The translations under genes were made by a program, and so were the position numbers. The notes under the pieces were generated by a model. The model made no database searches and had not been told where the DNA came from. It saw nothing but the letters and a program-made list of their open reading frames with translations. A DNA stretch of 32,000 nucleotides from Candidatus Thorarchaeota archaeon (lineage in GTDB: Archaea > Asgardarchaeota > Heimdallarchaeia > Hodarchaeales > Hodarchaeaceae): contig JBHLRO010000005.1 in NCBI GenBank assembly GCA_048882505.1, positions 1 through 32,000 on the forward strand, given 5' to 3'. Shown here piece by piece: positions 1-9,281 of this stretch; within the stretch, counting starts at the first letter, position 1, and each line of letters starts with the position of its first letter.

Positions 1-1308
1 TTACATTTCATCTTTTATGAACGGTGTTCCGCAGTCTCCACAGAATTCTGCATCAAAGGTCAACTTCAAAGCGCCACACACGCTACAAACCTGATTTGGT
101 TTTTCTAAGGCTTTTTGACCTTTAATTCGTGATACGGAATCGGCTGTAGCCAAAGGGGCTCCTACTCGAAAAATGAAGAACGAAATTATTCCCATCAATG
201 GAAATAACAGTAAAACCTCTATTATCATTTCTAGGAGGTTTTGGTAAACCCCAAATTGTTCCAAAATAGCCGGGATGAGAATAACAATGATATTTCTTCC
301 ACCTTCTATTATTGCGAATACCAAAATCAACCATAACACTGGTAAAAGGCGAGCCCTTCTAATGTTTATATCCTTCAGAATGAGCAGCCAAGTAGGCTGT
401 GCTTCTTCGGAATCCCAATAACGTTCGATTGTAAACAAAACACCAACGAACACCAAGAAGCCGACAAGAATTCCAATCAAGAGCCAATATCCCGCCAAAG
501 TTATTATGAATCGATCATTACTTTGGATAGCAAGCGTTGATAAAGCCAAAAAGCCATTGGAGATCCCGTGTAATACAATTGGGTAAAGGACGTTTCTTGT
601 TCTTATGTATATATAACCAAACGCGACCCCGCTGGCAAAAATAGAGGCAAAATTAAGGGCTGCATAATGGAGGGAGTTTTGAAATAGATCTATGGGTGTA
701 TGAATACTAGCAAAAAGCATACTGGAGAGAATGAGAATCCAAAAAGTTCCAAATCCACGCCGTTCAAGAAATGGAATAAGTGTTCGACGGAAAATTAACT
801 CCTCTGCAATTGCTGCGCCGATGACGATGACAACAATGTATAGGACGATATAAGGCGGAAAATCAGCTAATTCCGCGGTCGGGCCCAGGCCTCCAGTGCT
901 TATCTGGTAGGTTTCTGTTATGGAGGTACCAAGTTGAGTTTGGAGAATCTGATCAATTAAGGTTAAGCCAGCAACCAAAAAGAGGAGAAGTAATGTATAT
1001 ACTAAATATAGGCTCCTCCAGTGGTTTCCAGGGGGCATTTTTACGTCATCTGGTTCAATCAACTCCTTTCGTGACAAGAAAACATATAATGAAACTGCCC
1101 CAACTTGAGAGAACAGGATGAGGATCAAATTTGCCATTGGTTGGTATGTGTTGGTGTCAATTTGTAGAACTTGGAGGAAAAAAAACGACAGAAAACTTGC
1201 CCCAGCGACTCCTCTAGATATATCAAGGAAAAGAAGGAGAACTAGGACCACTGCGAAGGGATAAATCAAATCTTTCCTTAGTACTGAAACAGATGCGGGA
1301 TCTTCCAA
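1..1308 (-). CDS. CPBP-family (CAAX/Rce1-like, Abi) intramembrane metalloprotease with C-terminal double zinc ribbon
   Basis: 435 aa, many hydrophobic segments. CPBP motifs EExxxR (AEELIFRR), FxxxH (LFASIH) and HxxxN (LHGISN) are intact. C-terminal CSVCG...FCGDCG. TTG start; TAA stop at 1-3. Confidence 0.85.
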   Translation of the reverse strand: MEDPASVSVLRKDLIYPFAVVLVLLLFLDISRGVAGASFLSFFFLQVLQIDTNTYQPMANLILILFSQVGAVSLYVFLSRKELIEPDDVKMPPGNHWRSLYLVYTLLLLFLVAGLTLIDQILQTQLGTSITETYQISTGGLGPTAELADFPPYIVLYIVVIVIGAAIAEELIFRRTLIPFLERRGFGTFWILILSSMLFASIHTPIDLFQNSLHYAALNFASIFASGVAFGYIYIRTRNVLYPIVLHGISNGFLALSTLAIQSNDRFIITLAGYWLLIGILVGFLVFVGVLFTIERYWDSEEAQPTWLLILKDINIRRARLLPVLWLILVFAIIEGGRNIIVILIPAILEQFGVYQNLLEMIIEVLLLFPLMGIISFFIFRVGAPLATADSVSRIKGQKALEKPNQVCSVCGALKLTFDAEFCGDCGTPFIKDEM

Positions 1309-1388
1309 TAATAACCAACCAATAAGTTTGGTAGGATTATTATATTTTTTTATTTTAAAATGTAAATATTTGTTTTACAATTTTCGAG

Positions 1389-2840
1389 CTATTTGGAAAT
1401 TCCGTCTAATTCCGTTCCACAAAACACGCAGAACGATGAATTCGGTAACACATTCTGGTTGCAAGTCGGACAACGGGGCTCTTCTTTCAATCTCTCCCTG
1501 ATATCGGTCCCACAAAAGACGCAGAAGGTCACTCCAGAAACATTCCGCTTATTGCAGGAAGGACAAAGAATGGATCTTCCGGATCCTGATTGGAATAACG
1601 CTGTACCTAGCTGAGTGGAATGTCCAGAGGCAAATGGTGAGAGGACCGATGGCGAAATCCAATCTGGCACCGTCATCGGTTGGGTCATACGGAATACAAA
1701 ATACGATAAAGCTGAAATTATGATCAAAAAATAACCTGTTTCAATGATTAGCTCCAGAATGGTTCTTTCTCTGCTTATCGGACCTAAAAGATCAAATATT
1801 CTGCTAAATACTATGTCTCTTCCCCCTTCGATCAATATGAATCCTACCATCATTATGAGAATTGGAAGAAGGCGATTATCCCGATATCTAAAATCTGTAA
1901 TGATTCTCTTCCAGGCTGAAGGTTCCGTAGATGTTCTGAAGAAGTCCACAAGCAGCCAAAAGAAGACACCAATCCCAATTAGAAATGTTACCAGCAGAAA
2001 ATAGCTAAGAATATTCATAAGGATGAAATTTTCTGATTCCAAAGCAATAATGCCAAGACCAGAAACTCCATTAGAAAGCCCATGCAAAATCATCGGATAA
2101 ATTACTTTTCTAGTTCTAATATACAAATATCCGAGAGTTAGACCGCCAGTGAAAGTTCCTAAAAAATGAACCAGTGTAAAACGAATACTACCTAGTAATA
2201 GATCCGAAGGCGTATGAATCAGTGAGAACATGAAGGAGGATATCAGAAGCGTCCAAAACATGCCTATTCCCCGCCGCTCCAAAAGAGGAATTAAAGTTCG
2301 TCTGAAGATCAGTTCCTCTGCTACGGCCGCGCCAAATACAAGTACACCAAAAAAAAGGAAGTAATAGACGGGATTCGCCAAGAGATCGGGTGTCGGAAAT
2401 ATATCTTTATAACTACTAACACTTTCTCCCAGCGGTTCAAGAAGAAGGTCAACGAAATATAAAACACCAAGTAAGAACGCAATATCAAGAGCAAATACGT
2501 AATACAAAACCTGTAAAGGATTATGTTGTGGCATTCGTTTCTCCTCAGGTTCCACTTTGTTGGCCCTTTGAAGGAGCAAAAACATAAGAATGCCTCCAAG
2601 TTGAGCAACAATATTAATTGCAAGGTTTAATAACGTGGTTAAACTCATATCTAGTTGAAATATATTAAGGAGGAGCATTGTTATAATTCCAAAAGATGCT
2701 AGAGTTCCTGTTAGGTCGAAGAACGAAAGCATCAATAACACAATCGCAAACGGGTAAAGTAGATCTTTGGTATCGACCGAACGTTCCTTGTGTTTGGTAT
2801 CTGGCGAAGTCTCTATACTTGCTTCAGTTTCATTTTTCAT
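1389..2840 (-). CDS. CPBP-family intramembrane metalloprotease with two C-terminal double-zinc-ribbon units; paralogue of the adjacent gene
   Basis: 483 aa with AEELIFRR, FSLIH and LHGLSN motifs. Tail CPSC...CVFCG...CPTC...CVFCG. Visibly similar to 1..1308 (KDLLYPFAIVLL vs KDLIYPFAVVLV). AGGTAGG SD-like site upstream. Confidence 0.88.
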   Translation of the reverse strand: MKNETEASIETSPDTKHKERSVDTKDLLYPFAIVLLMLSFFDLTGTLASFGIITMLLLNIFQLDMSLTTLLNLAINIVAQLGGILMFLLLQRANKVEPEEKRMPQHNPLQVLYYVFALDIAFLLGVLYFVDLLLEPLGESVSSYKDIFPTPDLLANPVYYFLFFGVLVFGAAVAEELIFRRTLIPLLERRGIGMFWTLLISSFMFSLIHTPSDLLLGSIRFTLVHFLGTFTGGLTLGYLYIRTRKVIYPMILHGLSNGVSGLGIIALESENFILMNILSYFLLVTFLIGIGVFFWLLVDFFRTSTEPSAWKRIITDFRYRDNRLLPILIMMVGFILIEGGRDIVFSRIFDLLGPISRERTILELIIETGYFLIIISALSYFVFRMTQPMTVPDWISPSVLSPFASGHSTQLGTALFQSGSGRSILCPSCNKRNVSGVTFCVFCGTDIRERLKEEPRCPTCNQNVLPNSSFCVFCGTELDGISK

Positions 2841-2858
2841 CTATCGTTTCCTACCTAT

Positions 2859-3809
2859 TTACGGGATAAAGAACGCACCCAGGAAGAAAGCACCCATGGC
2901 AGTCCACAAAGACCAACGGGTGTATTTTCGTGCCTTTTTTCCTCCAAGTTCTTTCTCAGTTAGAATTGTGTAGGATGTCAATCCTAAGATCAAGGTTAAA
3001 ATCACTAATAGACTCCAGAAAACAACGTTTTCATAAACTAAAAGACCTACAAGAGTTGCACATATTATTGCGATCAAAAAAAGACCGCTCGCAATCCATC
3101 CTGCCCTAACTGGACCAATTCTAACTGGTAGAGATTTCAAGTTAACAGATTTATCACCCGCAAGATCCTGGATGTCTTTCACTATTTCTCGGCCCGTAGC
3201 AAGGAAAAAGGTTACTCCAAGCATTAGTCCACAGGCAAAGAGAATAAAATCTTCTGTTGGACTTAGGAGGAAAAACCCTGTGAATAGAGGCGATACATAA
3301 CCTACTGATACCCACATATTCCCGATGAAGCCCGTTTCTTTTAGCCCCAAGTTATAGAAAACACCTACAATGATAAAAATTATGGTAAATCCAAGCAACG
3401 CAATGGTTACATTATAGACAAGAACAAGAAAGGATATGATCACGGTAGACAAGACAAAAAAGGCAATACTCAAATTTTTAACATATCGAGGGGTGAAAGC
3501 GCCTCTTGCGATGGGCCGATCGTACCTCCGATTGGCAATGTCTGTTTCGACATCAAAATAGTCATTTATACTTTCAATAGCTGATGCCAAAAGCAGAGTG
3601 GCAATTACTCCCAAAATCAGGCCATCAAGTGGTAAAACACCGTTTTCAAACATGAAATCAAGAAAATTGGGGGAATTTCCCCTCATGACGTATACGATAA
3701 ATCCTGCAGCCAAAACTGCAATGACGCTCAAGATCCCCAAGGAAAATCTGAAAAGATCTAGATAGTCCTTCGTTCGTCCATACGAAGGAATCGGGTTTTC
3801 ATTCAACAT
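2859..3809 (-). CDS. UbiA-family prenyltransferase, DGGGP synthase-like (archaeal ether lipid synthesis)
   Basis: 316 aa polytopic protein with Asp-rich motifs NDYFDVETD..NRRYDRPI and REIVKDIQDLAGD. The second motif resembles the REIxKDIEDxEGD motif of archaeal DGGGP synthases. Confidence 0.8.
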   Translation of the reverse strand: MLNENPIPSYGRTKDYLDLFRFSLGILSVIAVLAAGFIVYVMRGNSPNFLDFMFENGVLPLDGLILGVIATLLLASAIESINDYFDVETDIANRRYDRPIARGAFTPRYVKNLSIAFFVLSTVIISFLVLVYNVTIALLGFTIIFIIVGVFYNLGLKETGFIGNMWVSVGYVSPLFTGFFLLSPTEDFILFACGLMLGVTFFLATGREIVKDIQDLAGDKSVNLKSLPVRIGPVRAGWIASGLFLIAIICATLVGLLVYENVVFWSLLVILTLILGLTSYTILTEKELGGKKARKYTRWSLWTAMGAFFLGAFFIP

Positions 3810-3813
3810 TTCG

Positions 3814-5697
3814 TCAGTTACTCCGACGAAAGATCGTAACTTTAACTTTTCCCTTCCTCTTAGTAACGAGCTGCATTAATTGGCCAGAGTTATCAATTGA
3901 ATATTCCCCTTCGGACGTTTGTGCCTTAAATCCGTTTGGATATTGAATTCTCGGGATAAAAATCTCTGTTACCAGTTTAGAATGCCCGTTACTTGTGAAG
4001 ACATAATTGAAAATCCCCTTCTTCTGATTAAAACTCATTTCCAGCGGTGTTCCCGCTGTTCTCTGCACATAAGGTCGGCAAAATCCTATAATTGCTCTTC
4101 CACCACTGTTGATATTATCAGGGTGATTCTGTTGATCCCGACTAAAAATTGACAAGTCTTCCAGGTTCCATCGATCACCCCATTCGTTAGAATTGTCAGA
4201 TGTATAATTCCATATGGTGGAATGAAGCAACAAGCGATCTATTGCATCATAGTACATGGTCAAGGCTTGGACATGCCTCTTATAATTCCCCGTCCGATAA
4301 GCTTGTTTATTTTGGAGATCGAAAGGAACCCCAAATTCTCCCAGGAGGGTCGGGACACCATTATGAATTCGTTTGGAGATTTCCTTGAGGCTTTTCAGAC
4401 CATTGAGGTACATTTTCCTAACATTATGTGGTAAAAAGATAGGCCTTTGGGTAGAAACGTCGATGTTTACCCATGGGTTAAACTTCTTGGTAAACAGAGT
4501 GAATCCATTATACCAATGGGGCGCATTTACCACGTTCTTTGGATCAGAGTCCTCCCAAACAAGCTCGTCAGGTTTCAGTACCTCTCGATTTATTAAAATC
4601 AGACTATCTGGTATTATTGCCCCAACTGCGTCCGTAAATTCACGGATGAAGGGTTTAAGAAAATTTTCGAAGAAATGTATTTGGATTCCATCATGAGTTG
4701 TAAAGAATGTGGGATTCAATAACCGAGGGGTTCCGTCATTCCTTTCCTCCCATATGCCCTCCTCTTGCCATATATCCTTACGGCCTTGTAACCAAACTGA
4801 TACGTTATCAGGATTCACGATTTCTTTTCTAACTTCTCCAATACCTAATCGTCTACGACCATAAACTGAGATCTCTCGGGAATGGCCTCCCGCCGTTATC
4901 ATCGCCTCGTATGCGGTTGGAGCTAAACCTGGAATCACTAGGTCAGGTAAACGGTTCAAATTGGGGTTACCAATAAATCCCCTACTCGGTTCATTAAGGG
5001 CCTCCCATCCAAAGATATGGTTCATATCTTTACACCGTTTGACTAGCTGCACAATCGATTGTATGAAATGTTGTTGGAGATATCGCTGAATATTATCACC
5101 TTGAACCCGTAACCTGGGAGTAAAAGAGCTTCCAGCAAAGAATAGAGAAAACATTGTTGCTGTTGCAAATAAATTATAATTACTGACCCACGACATGGCC
5201 TTATATCGATCTGGGAAACGATATTGCATTAGATGCGCAGCGTTCGTTTCCTCAAATTTGGTGAAATCTAGGCCTGCTGTTTCGAATGTCCATCCTGGCG
5301 CGCCATCACCTCCAGACATACGAGCCCAGACATCTTGGTGAGGATCAATGAAGATATAGAAATCATAGTCGCCAGCCATACTCAAAAGTTCCTCGACATA
5401 TTCTAAGTAGTCCTTATCGTACTGTTCGGGGCCCGAATGTTCAATAGCCTCCCAAGTGATTAAGAATCGGATGCAATTAAATCCCCAGTGCTTCAACCTC
5501 GTAAAATGTTCTTCGGCTTTGTTTAAAGGAAAGGGCCTGTTTACAAAGGACACTTCTCTGTGATCGCGGAAATCAGTCCTAATATGCGTTGCTCCATCTG
5601 GAATCGCGGGAATCTTGCTACTACCTCCCAAGTTAACACCCCTGAGTAGAATTTTTCGTCCTTCTTCATCAATAAACCAGTGCCCTTGTATTTTCAT
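3814..5697 (-). CDS. Glycoside hydrolase family 5, endoglycoceramidase / steryl-beta-glucosidase-like, with C-terminal beta-sandwich
   Basis: 627 aa. N-terminal FIDEEGRKILLRGVNLGGSSKIP; RFLITWEAIEH; DPHQDVW. Acid/base motif EALNEP and nucleophile motif LLGEFGVP are present. C-terminal RPYVQRTAGTP is followed by beta-rich segments. No signal peptide seen. Confidence 0.85.
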   Translation of the reverse strand: MKIQGHWFIDEEGRKILLRGVNLGGSSKIPAIPDGATHIRTDFRDHREVSFVNRPFPLNKAEEHFTRLKHWGFNCIRFLITWEAIEHSGPEQYDKDYLEYVEELLSMAGDYDFYIFIDPHQDVWARMSGGDGAPGWTFETAGLDFTKFEETNAAHLMQYRFPDRYKAMSWVSNYNLFATATMFSLFFAGSSFTPRLRVQGDNIQRYLQQHFIQSIVQLVKRCKDMNHIFGWEALNEPSRGFIGNPNLNRLPDLVIPGLAPTAYEAMITAGGHSREISVYGRRRLGIGEVRKEIVNPDNVSVWLQGRKDIWQEEGIWEERNDGTPRLLNPTFFTTHDGIQIHFFENFLKPFIREFTDAVGAIIPDSLILINREVLKPDELVWEDSDPKNVVNAPHWYNGFTLFTKKFNPWVNIDVSTQRPIFLPHNVRKMYLNGLKSLKEISKRIHNGVPTLLGEFGVPFDLQNKQAYRTGNYKRHVQALTMYYDAIDRLLLHSTIWNYTSDNSNEWGDRWNLEDLSIFSRDQQNHPDNINSGGRAIIGFCRPYVQRTAGTPLEMSFNQKKGIFNYVFTSNGHSKLVTEIFIPRIQYPNGFKAQTSEGEYSIDNSGQLMQLVTKRKGKVKVTIFRRSN

Positions 5698-5809
5698 CAG
5701 TAACTCGTTTTAGGAGTGAGAAAAGTGAGTTTTATCAACATTTCTAGTCTACTTGAAAGAATAGATAAGGCAAATTTAGCAAAACTGCGTAAATAATTGG
5801 AAATTTGGT

Positions 5810-6265
5810 TCAATTTCTTTGAAGTCTCGATTTAATGATAAATTTTAAATGTCTCCCACCATGAGTGGCAAAAATTTCAAGATATTGATCTAACGTAAGG
5901 CTACCGATTTCAGGATGAACGAGAGTCCGAGTCCAAGCTTTTTCATCTAATTCGTTTAATACTGGGATAATGCGCTCATGCACTGAACGAATAATCGCCA
6001 AGGATACTTCGATATTCTGCTTATAGTCTGGGAGCTCCGCCCATGCAGATTCATCGTAAGCTTTGATAGTAGGATTCTCCTCGGTTAAGACCATCTTGAT
6101 TCGAATATAACTATTGAGGTGTGAATCAGCTATATGGTGCACAACCTGCCTTAGAGACCATGTTACGACCTTTTTATCTAATTCACCAGTTGGTAGGCCT
6201 TTAACTACGCTTTCTAATTCGGTGGGGAATGTTTCTATCATTTTAAGAAGTTTGGTTCTTTTCAT
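5810..6265 (-). CDS. DinB/YfiT-family metal-dependent protein (bacillithiol S-transferase-like)
   Basis: WSLRQVVHHIADSH, ENPTIKAYDESAWAELPD and HGGRH metal-ligand pattern. Start placed at ATG 6265 (MKRTK) with a GAGGT SD upstream, instead of the ORF-track start at 6358. Confidence 0.85.
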   Translation of the reverse strand: MKRTKLLKMIETFPTELESVVKGLPTGELDKKVVTWSLRQVVHHIADSHLNSYIRIKMVLTEENPTIKAYDESAWAELPDYKQNIEVSLAIIRSVHERIIPVLNELDEKAWTRTLVHPEIGSLTLDQYLEIFATHGGRHLKFIIKSRLQRN

Positions 6266-6956
6266 CCTTATACCTCGATCTGCTCTGAAATATTCAGGAC
6301 ACCTTCTTAAACCGCGAGGACACTGAAAAACAATGAACATAAGGCCAAATTCAAGCAATCATCGCTAAATAATATCCGATACTTGACTCTTAAGTATTCC
6401 AAGAAAACTTGCTTCTGAGAGGCCGCCATATTAGCTTAGACGTAAGAAAATATAAGTTCATGATCTACCAATCTGTACATAAGTAATCCCAGTTCAAATC
6501 CTCCATGAGACAAAAAAAAACCAGGTAACCGTCCCAATATAAACCCTAAAATCTCCTCCAAAGCTTTTTGATTATCAAAATCAAGTGGCCTTTAAGTGAT
6601 AGGGCTAAATTTTGAGTTTATTATAATGGTTTTATGGTACAGCTAGGCAGAAGAGAAGCATTTAAGTAATCCAGATTGATTAAGTTCATTGGACTACCCA
6701 AATCCCCGGATTGAAATGAAGTCCTATATTATCTCTGTCTGCAAAGATATTTTATCAAGTAAACATCTCAGGGTGGAGAATATTAATACTAAGATCCTTC
6801 TACCCAAAAGGATTACTTTCATTCATCCTCTTCTAGCGGAAAAAGAACAGTTACCTATTTTCCAGGTATTCTTATTTCAAAATAAAAGTGTATGAATGAC
6901 TAAACAGCTTCAGACATTGAGAGTTAAGTAAAACCCGAATCAAGAGAGAATGAATC

Positions 6957-8225
6957 ATGCCTGAACAACAAAGAGTATTTATAGCGGGCGGTAATACTAC
7001 CCCCTTTGATTATCCGCTTAATCTCCAAATCGAGGAAATGACAGCCAATGTTGTCCGCCAATTATACAAAGATGTACCTGAATTTCACCTCAGGGATGTA
7101 AGAGACCACGGAATGGTGGTATACTCCCATTTTTCAGTCCACTTCAGTCATCAATTGACCGCATACTGGGTTCTACACGACCATCTTGGCCTGGTCGGTG
7201 TTCCGCATTTTAGAATAGACAATGGTGGAAATACCGGTGGATCTGCCCTGTATGCCGCCTATGCCTTGATAAGAAGTGGGCTCGCGGATGTGGTCCCAGT
7301 AATCGGATATGAACTGATGGCTTCGGTCTCCCAATCTAAAGGAAGCGAATTCATCGCCATAGCTTCTGATACTAGATATGAAGCCATGTTAGGGGCAAAT
7401 TATACCAATTACTATGCAGGCTTAGCCCGGGTCTTTATGGAAAATCATAATCTTTCTGAAGAAGAATTTGCCGAAATTGCAGCGAAGAATAAGAACAATG
7501 CTATGGCGACAGGTGAAAAAACCCAACAATATCGTAGTGTGGGCCGAAAAGTTACAGTAGACGATGTAATGGACTCTCGACTCATAGCATACCCTCTGAA
7601 AAAACTTGACTGCTGTTTTATGTCCGAAGGGGCCGCTGTAGTATTGCTTTGTAATGAAAAATTTGCGAAACAATATAACCCCGATCATTACGTGGAAATC
7701 ACTGGTGTTGGCCTATCTTCGTGTACCATCCGCGCAGGAGATCGATATAATTTTCCTGGCTGGACCCAACGTTATGGTGAGGGATATCCTGGGCTTGGAG
7801 AATTCGGCGCCTGTCGTAGAGCCGCGGAATTAGCTTTCGATATGGCTGAAATCCCATGGAAGAACTCTTACAAACATTTGGATGTCGCTGAAGTCCATGA
7901 TGCCTTCTCAACATCTGAGGCCCAAATCTATAATGCGTTAGGCTGGTGTGAGTCAATGTCAGTCAAAGAGTTCATTCGTGATCGTCTTCCCATGATGGAA
8001 GGTGAAATTCCTACAAATCCTGGAGGGGGTTTGATTGGATACGGCCATCCCGTGGGAGCCACGGGCCTAATGAGCACCATAGAATGCTATTACCAATTAA
8101 CAGGACGGATTCCCAAGGAACACAAGTCTACAGACAACGAAGTCAAAGATGCAGAAGTAGGACTCGTTAATAGTCACGCTGGCACTGGAACCAGCATTTC
8201 AAATTTCGTACTACAAAGAGCTTGA
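6957..8225 (+). CDS. Thiolase-fold protein of SCP2/archaeal type lacking the catalytic cysteine
   Basis: 422 aa with DCCFMSEGAAVVLL, VAEVHDAF and NPGGGLIGYGHPVGATG motifs. The nucleophile loop reads DNGGNTG instead of xNCATG/ACASG. Confidence 0.9.
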   Translation: MPEQQRVFIAGGNTTPFDYPLNLQIEEMTANVVRQLYKDVPEFHLRDVRDHGMVVYSHFSVHFSHQLTAYWVLHDHLGLVGVPHFRIDNGGNTGGSALYAAYALIRSGLADVVPVIGYELMASVSQSKGSEFIAIASDTRYEAMLGANYTNYYAGLARVFMENHNLSEEEFAEIAAKNKNNAMATGEKTQQYRSVGRKVTVDDVMDSRLIAYPLKKLDCCFMSEGAAVVLLCNEKFAKQYNPDHYVEITGVGLSSCTIRAGDRYNFPGWTQRYGEGYPGLGEFGACRRAAELAFDMAEIPWKNSYKHLDVAEVHDAFSTSEAQIYNALGWCESMSVKEFIRDRLPMMEGEIPTNPGGGLIGYGHPVGATGLMSTIECYYQLTGRIPKEHKSTDNEVKDAEVGLVNSHAGTGTSISNFVLQRA

Positions 8226-8230
8226 GGTGA
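8224..8230 (+). promoter_or_regulatory. Shine-Dalgarno site for the DUF35 gene, overlapping the thiolase stop codon
   Basis: TGAGGTGA followed by taatt ATG (8236); suggests translational coupling. Confidence 0.7.
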
Positions 8231-8235
8231 TAATT

Positions 8236-8895
8236 ATGTCAGATCATTTACATCCGACTCCATTCAATAAGGATTTTCGATGGGATGCTTGGAAAGAAAT
8301 TTCTACATTGGTTCCTGAGAAGGGATGGACATGGCAAAACGTCCGAACGGGTACCGCTGGAGGGGTGGAGTGGGTCGAGCAGCAAATATATTTTGACATG
8401 TTGTATACATTCCGTTTAGGAGCTTTGAGTCCCTACGCTAAAGGTTTACTGGAGGGGAAACTCCTAGGTACGAAATGTCCAAATTGTGGTGATATCACGT
8501 TCCCTCCGAGAGTTAATTGCTGGAATCTTGATTGTGATCTAATAAAAATGGATTGGGTCGAAATGCCGAGAACTGGAACCCTTCACGCCTGGACAATATG
8601 TGGATTCGCTGCCAAAAGCGCCTTGAAGAAGTTGCCATTTGTTTTAGCCTATGTTCTGGTTGGAGACAGCAAAACTGCAATCGCAAATATACTACATATC
8701 GAAAAACCTTGGCACACCGAAACCGAAATGCCCGTAGTGGTAAAAATGGCACCGAAAGGGGAAAGAGTGGGGAATCTCATCGATTTTTGGTTTGAACCCG
8801 TGCCAGATTGGAAACCTAGTCCAATGAGTCCAGAAAAGGAACGCATCAAACAGCTGTGTGAACCAGTTTATGCGTGGGTCGCCCAGATGAAATAA
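8236..8895 (+). CDS. DUF35 (zinc-ribbon + OB-fold) thiolase partner protein with N-terminal extension
   Basis: GKLLGTKCPNCG..FPPRVNCWNLDC zinc ribbon followed by the OB region WVEMPRTGTLHAWT...PFVLAYV. Directly downstream of the thiolase-fold gene. ATG 8236 chosen by SD spacing. Confidence 0.85.
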   Translation: MSDHLHPTPFNKDFRWDAWKEISTLVPEKGWTWQNVRTGTAGGVEWVEQQIYFDMLYTFRLGALSPYAKGLLEGKLLGTKCPNCGDITFPPRVNCWNLDCDLIKMDWVEMPRTGTLHAWTICGFAAKSALKKLPFVLAYVLVGDSKTAIANILHIEKPWHTETEMPVVVKMAPKGERVGNLIDFWFEPVPDWKPSPMSPEKERIKQLCEPVYAWVAQMK

Positions 8896-8924
8896 TTTGA
8901 TCATCAAATATCTTGTTACCCCCC

Positions 8925-9215
8925 CTATGGCGATGACCGCCCAATAAACATCAATGATACAAAGAGAGATCCAGCCAATCCAACTCCTAAAGCGGCACCA
9001 ATCAGTTTCAATTTAAGGGCCTCTGGTAAGAAGGTCTCGCCAGGCGTTTGGAGACCGCCGGTTTCATTGAGTACAATCATTGCCACCGTAGCACTAACAA
9101 AGTGATCAGCTAGATTAAAAACCGTACAAGTTGCATTATACAGTCCGGCTACTGAATAAATTATCGTCGCTTCGTCCCAAGAAAACGCCGTGCCTACTGA
9201 ATCATTAAAGAGCAT
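8925..9215 (-). CDS. Small putative membrane-anchored protein with PKD-like segment and C-terminal TM helix; possibly frameshifted or a remnant
   Basis: 96 aa. FSWD..IIYSVAGLYNATCTVFN resembles the PKD WDFGDG...YxxxGxYxVxLTV pattern. Hydrophobic C-terminus LIGAALGVGLAGSLFVSLMFI. Confidence 0.4.
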   Translation of the reverse strand: MLFNDSVGTAFSWDEATIIYSVAGLYNATCTVFNLADHFVSATVAMIVLNETGGLQTPGETFLPEALKLKLIGAALGVGLAGSLFVSLMFIGRSSP

Positions 9216-9281
9216 CTGGATGTCGAGGGGAAATCAAGAGCAATCGTAAAAGAACTACCTGCTTAGTTTTAATACACCATT

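Noticed and set aside
6421-6510. tRNA-like fragments: GGCCGCC...TAGCTTAG at the 5' side and a GTTCAAATCC T-loop-like motif at 6492-6501
   Set aside because: No complementary acceptor-stem 3' strand, no proper T-stem or anticodon stem; a cloverleaf cannot be folded.
6266-6956. Long intergenic region with the 68-aa ORF 6689..6895 and a protein-like but stop-interrupted minus-strand reading at about 6320-6600
   Set aside because: No recognisable motif, no convincing start/SD, multiple stops; cannot be supported as a CDS or pseudogene without a homology search.
6957-8895. Reading the thiolase + DUF35 pair as the archaeal thiolase/HMG-CoA synthase mevalonate complex
   Set aside because: No HMG-CoA synthase gene in the window, and the thiolase lacks its catalytic Cys.
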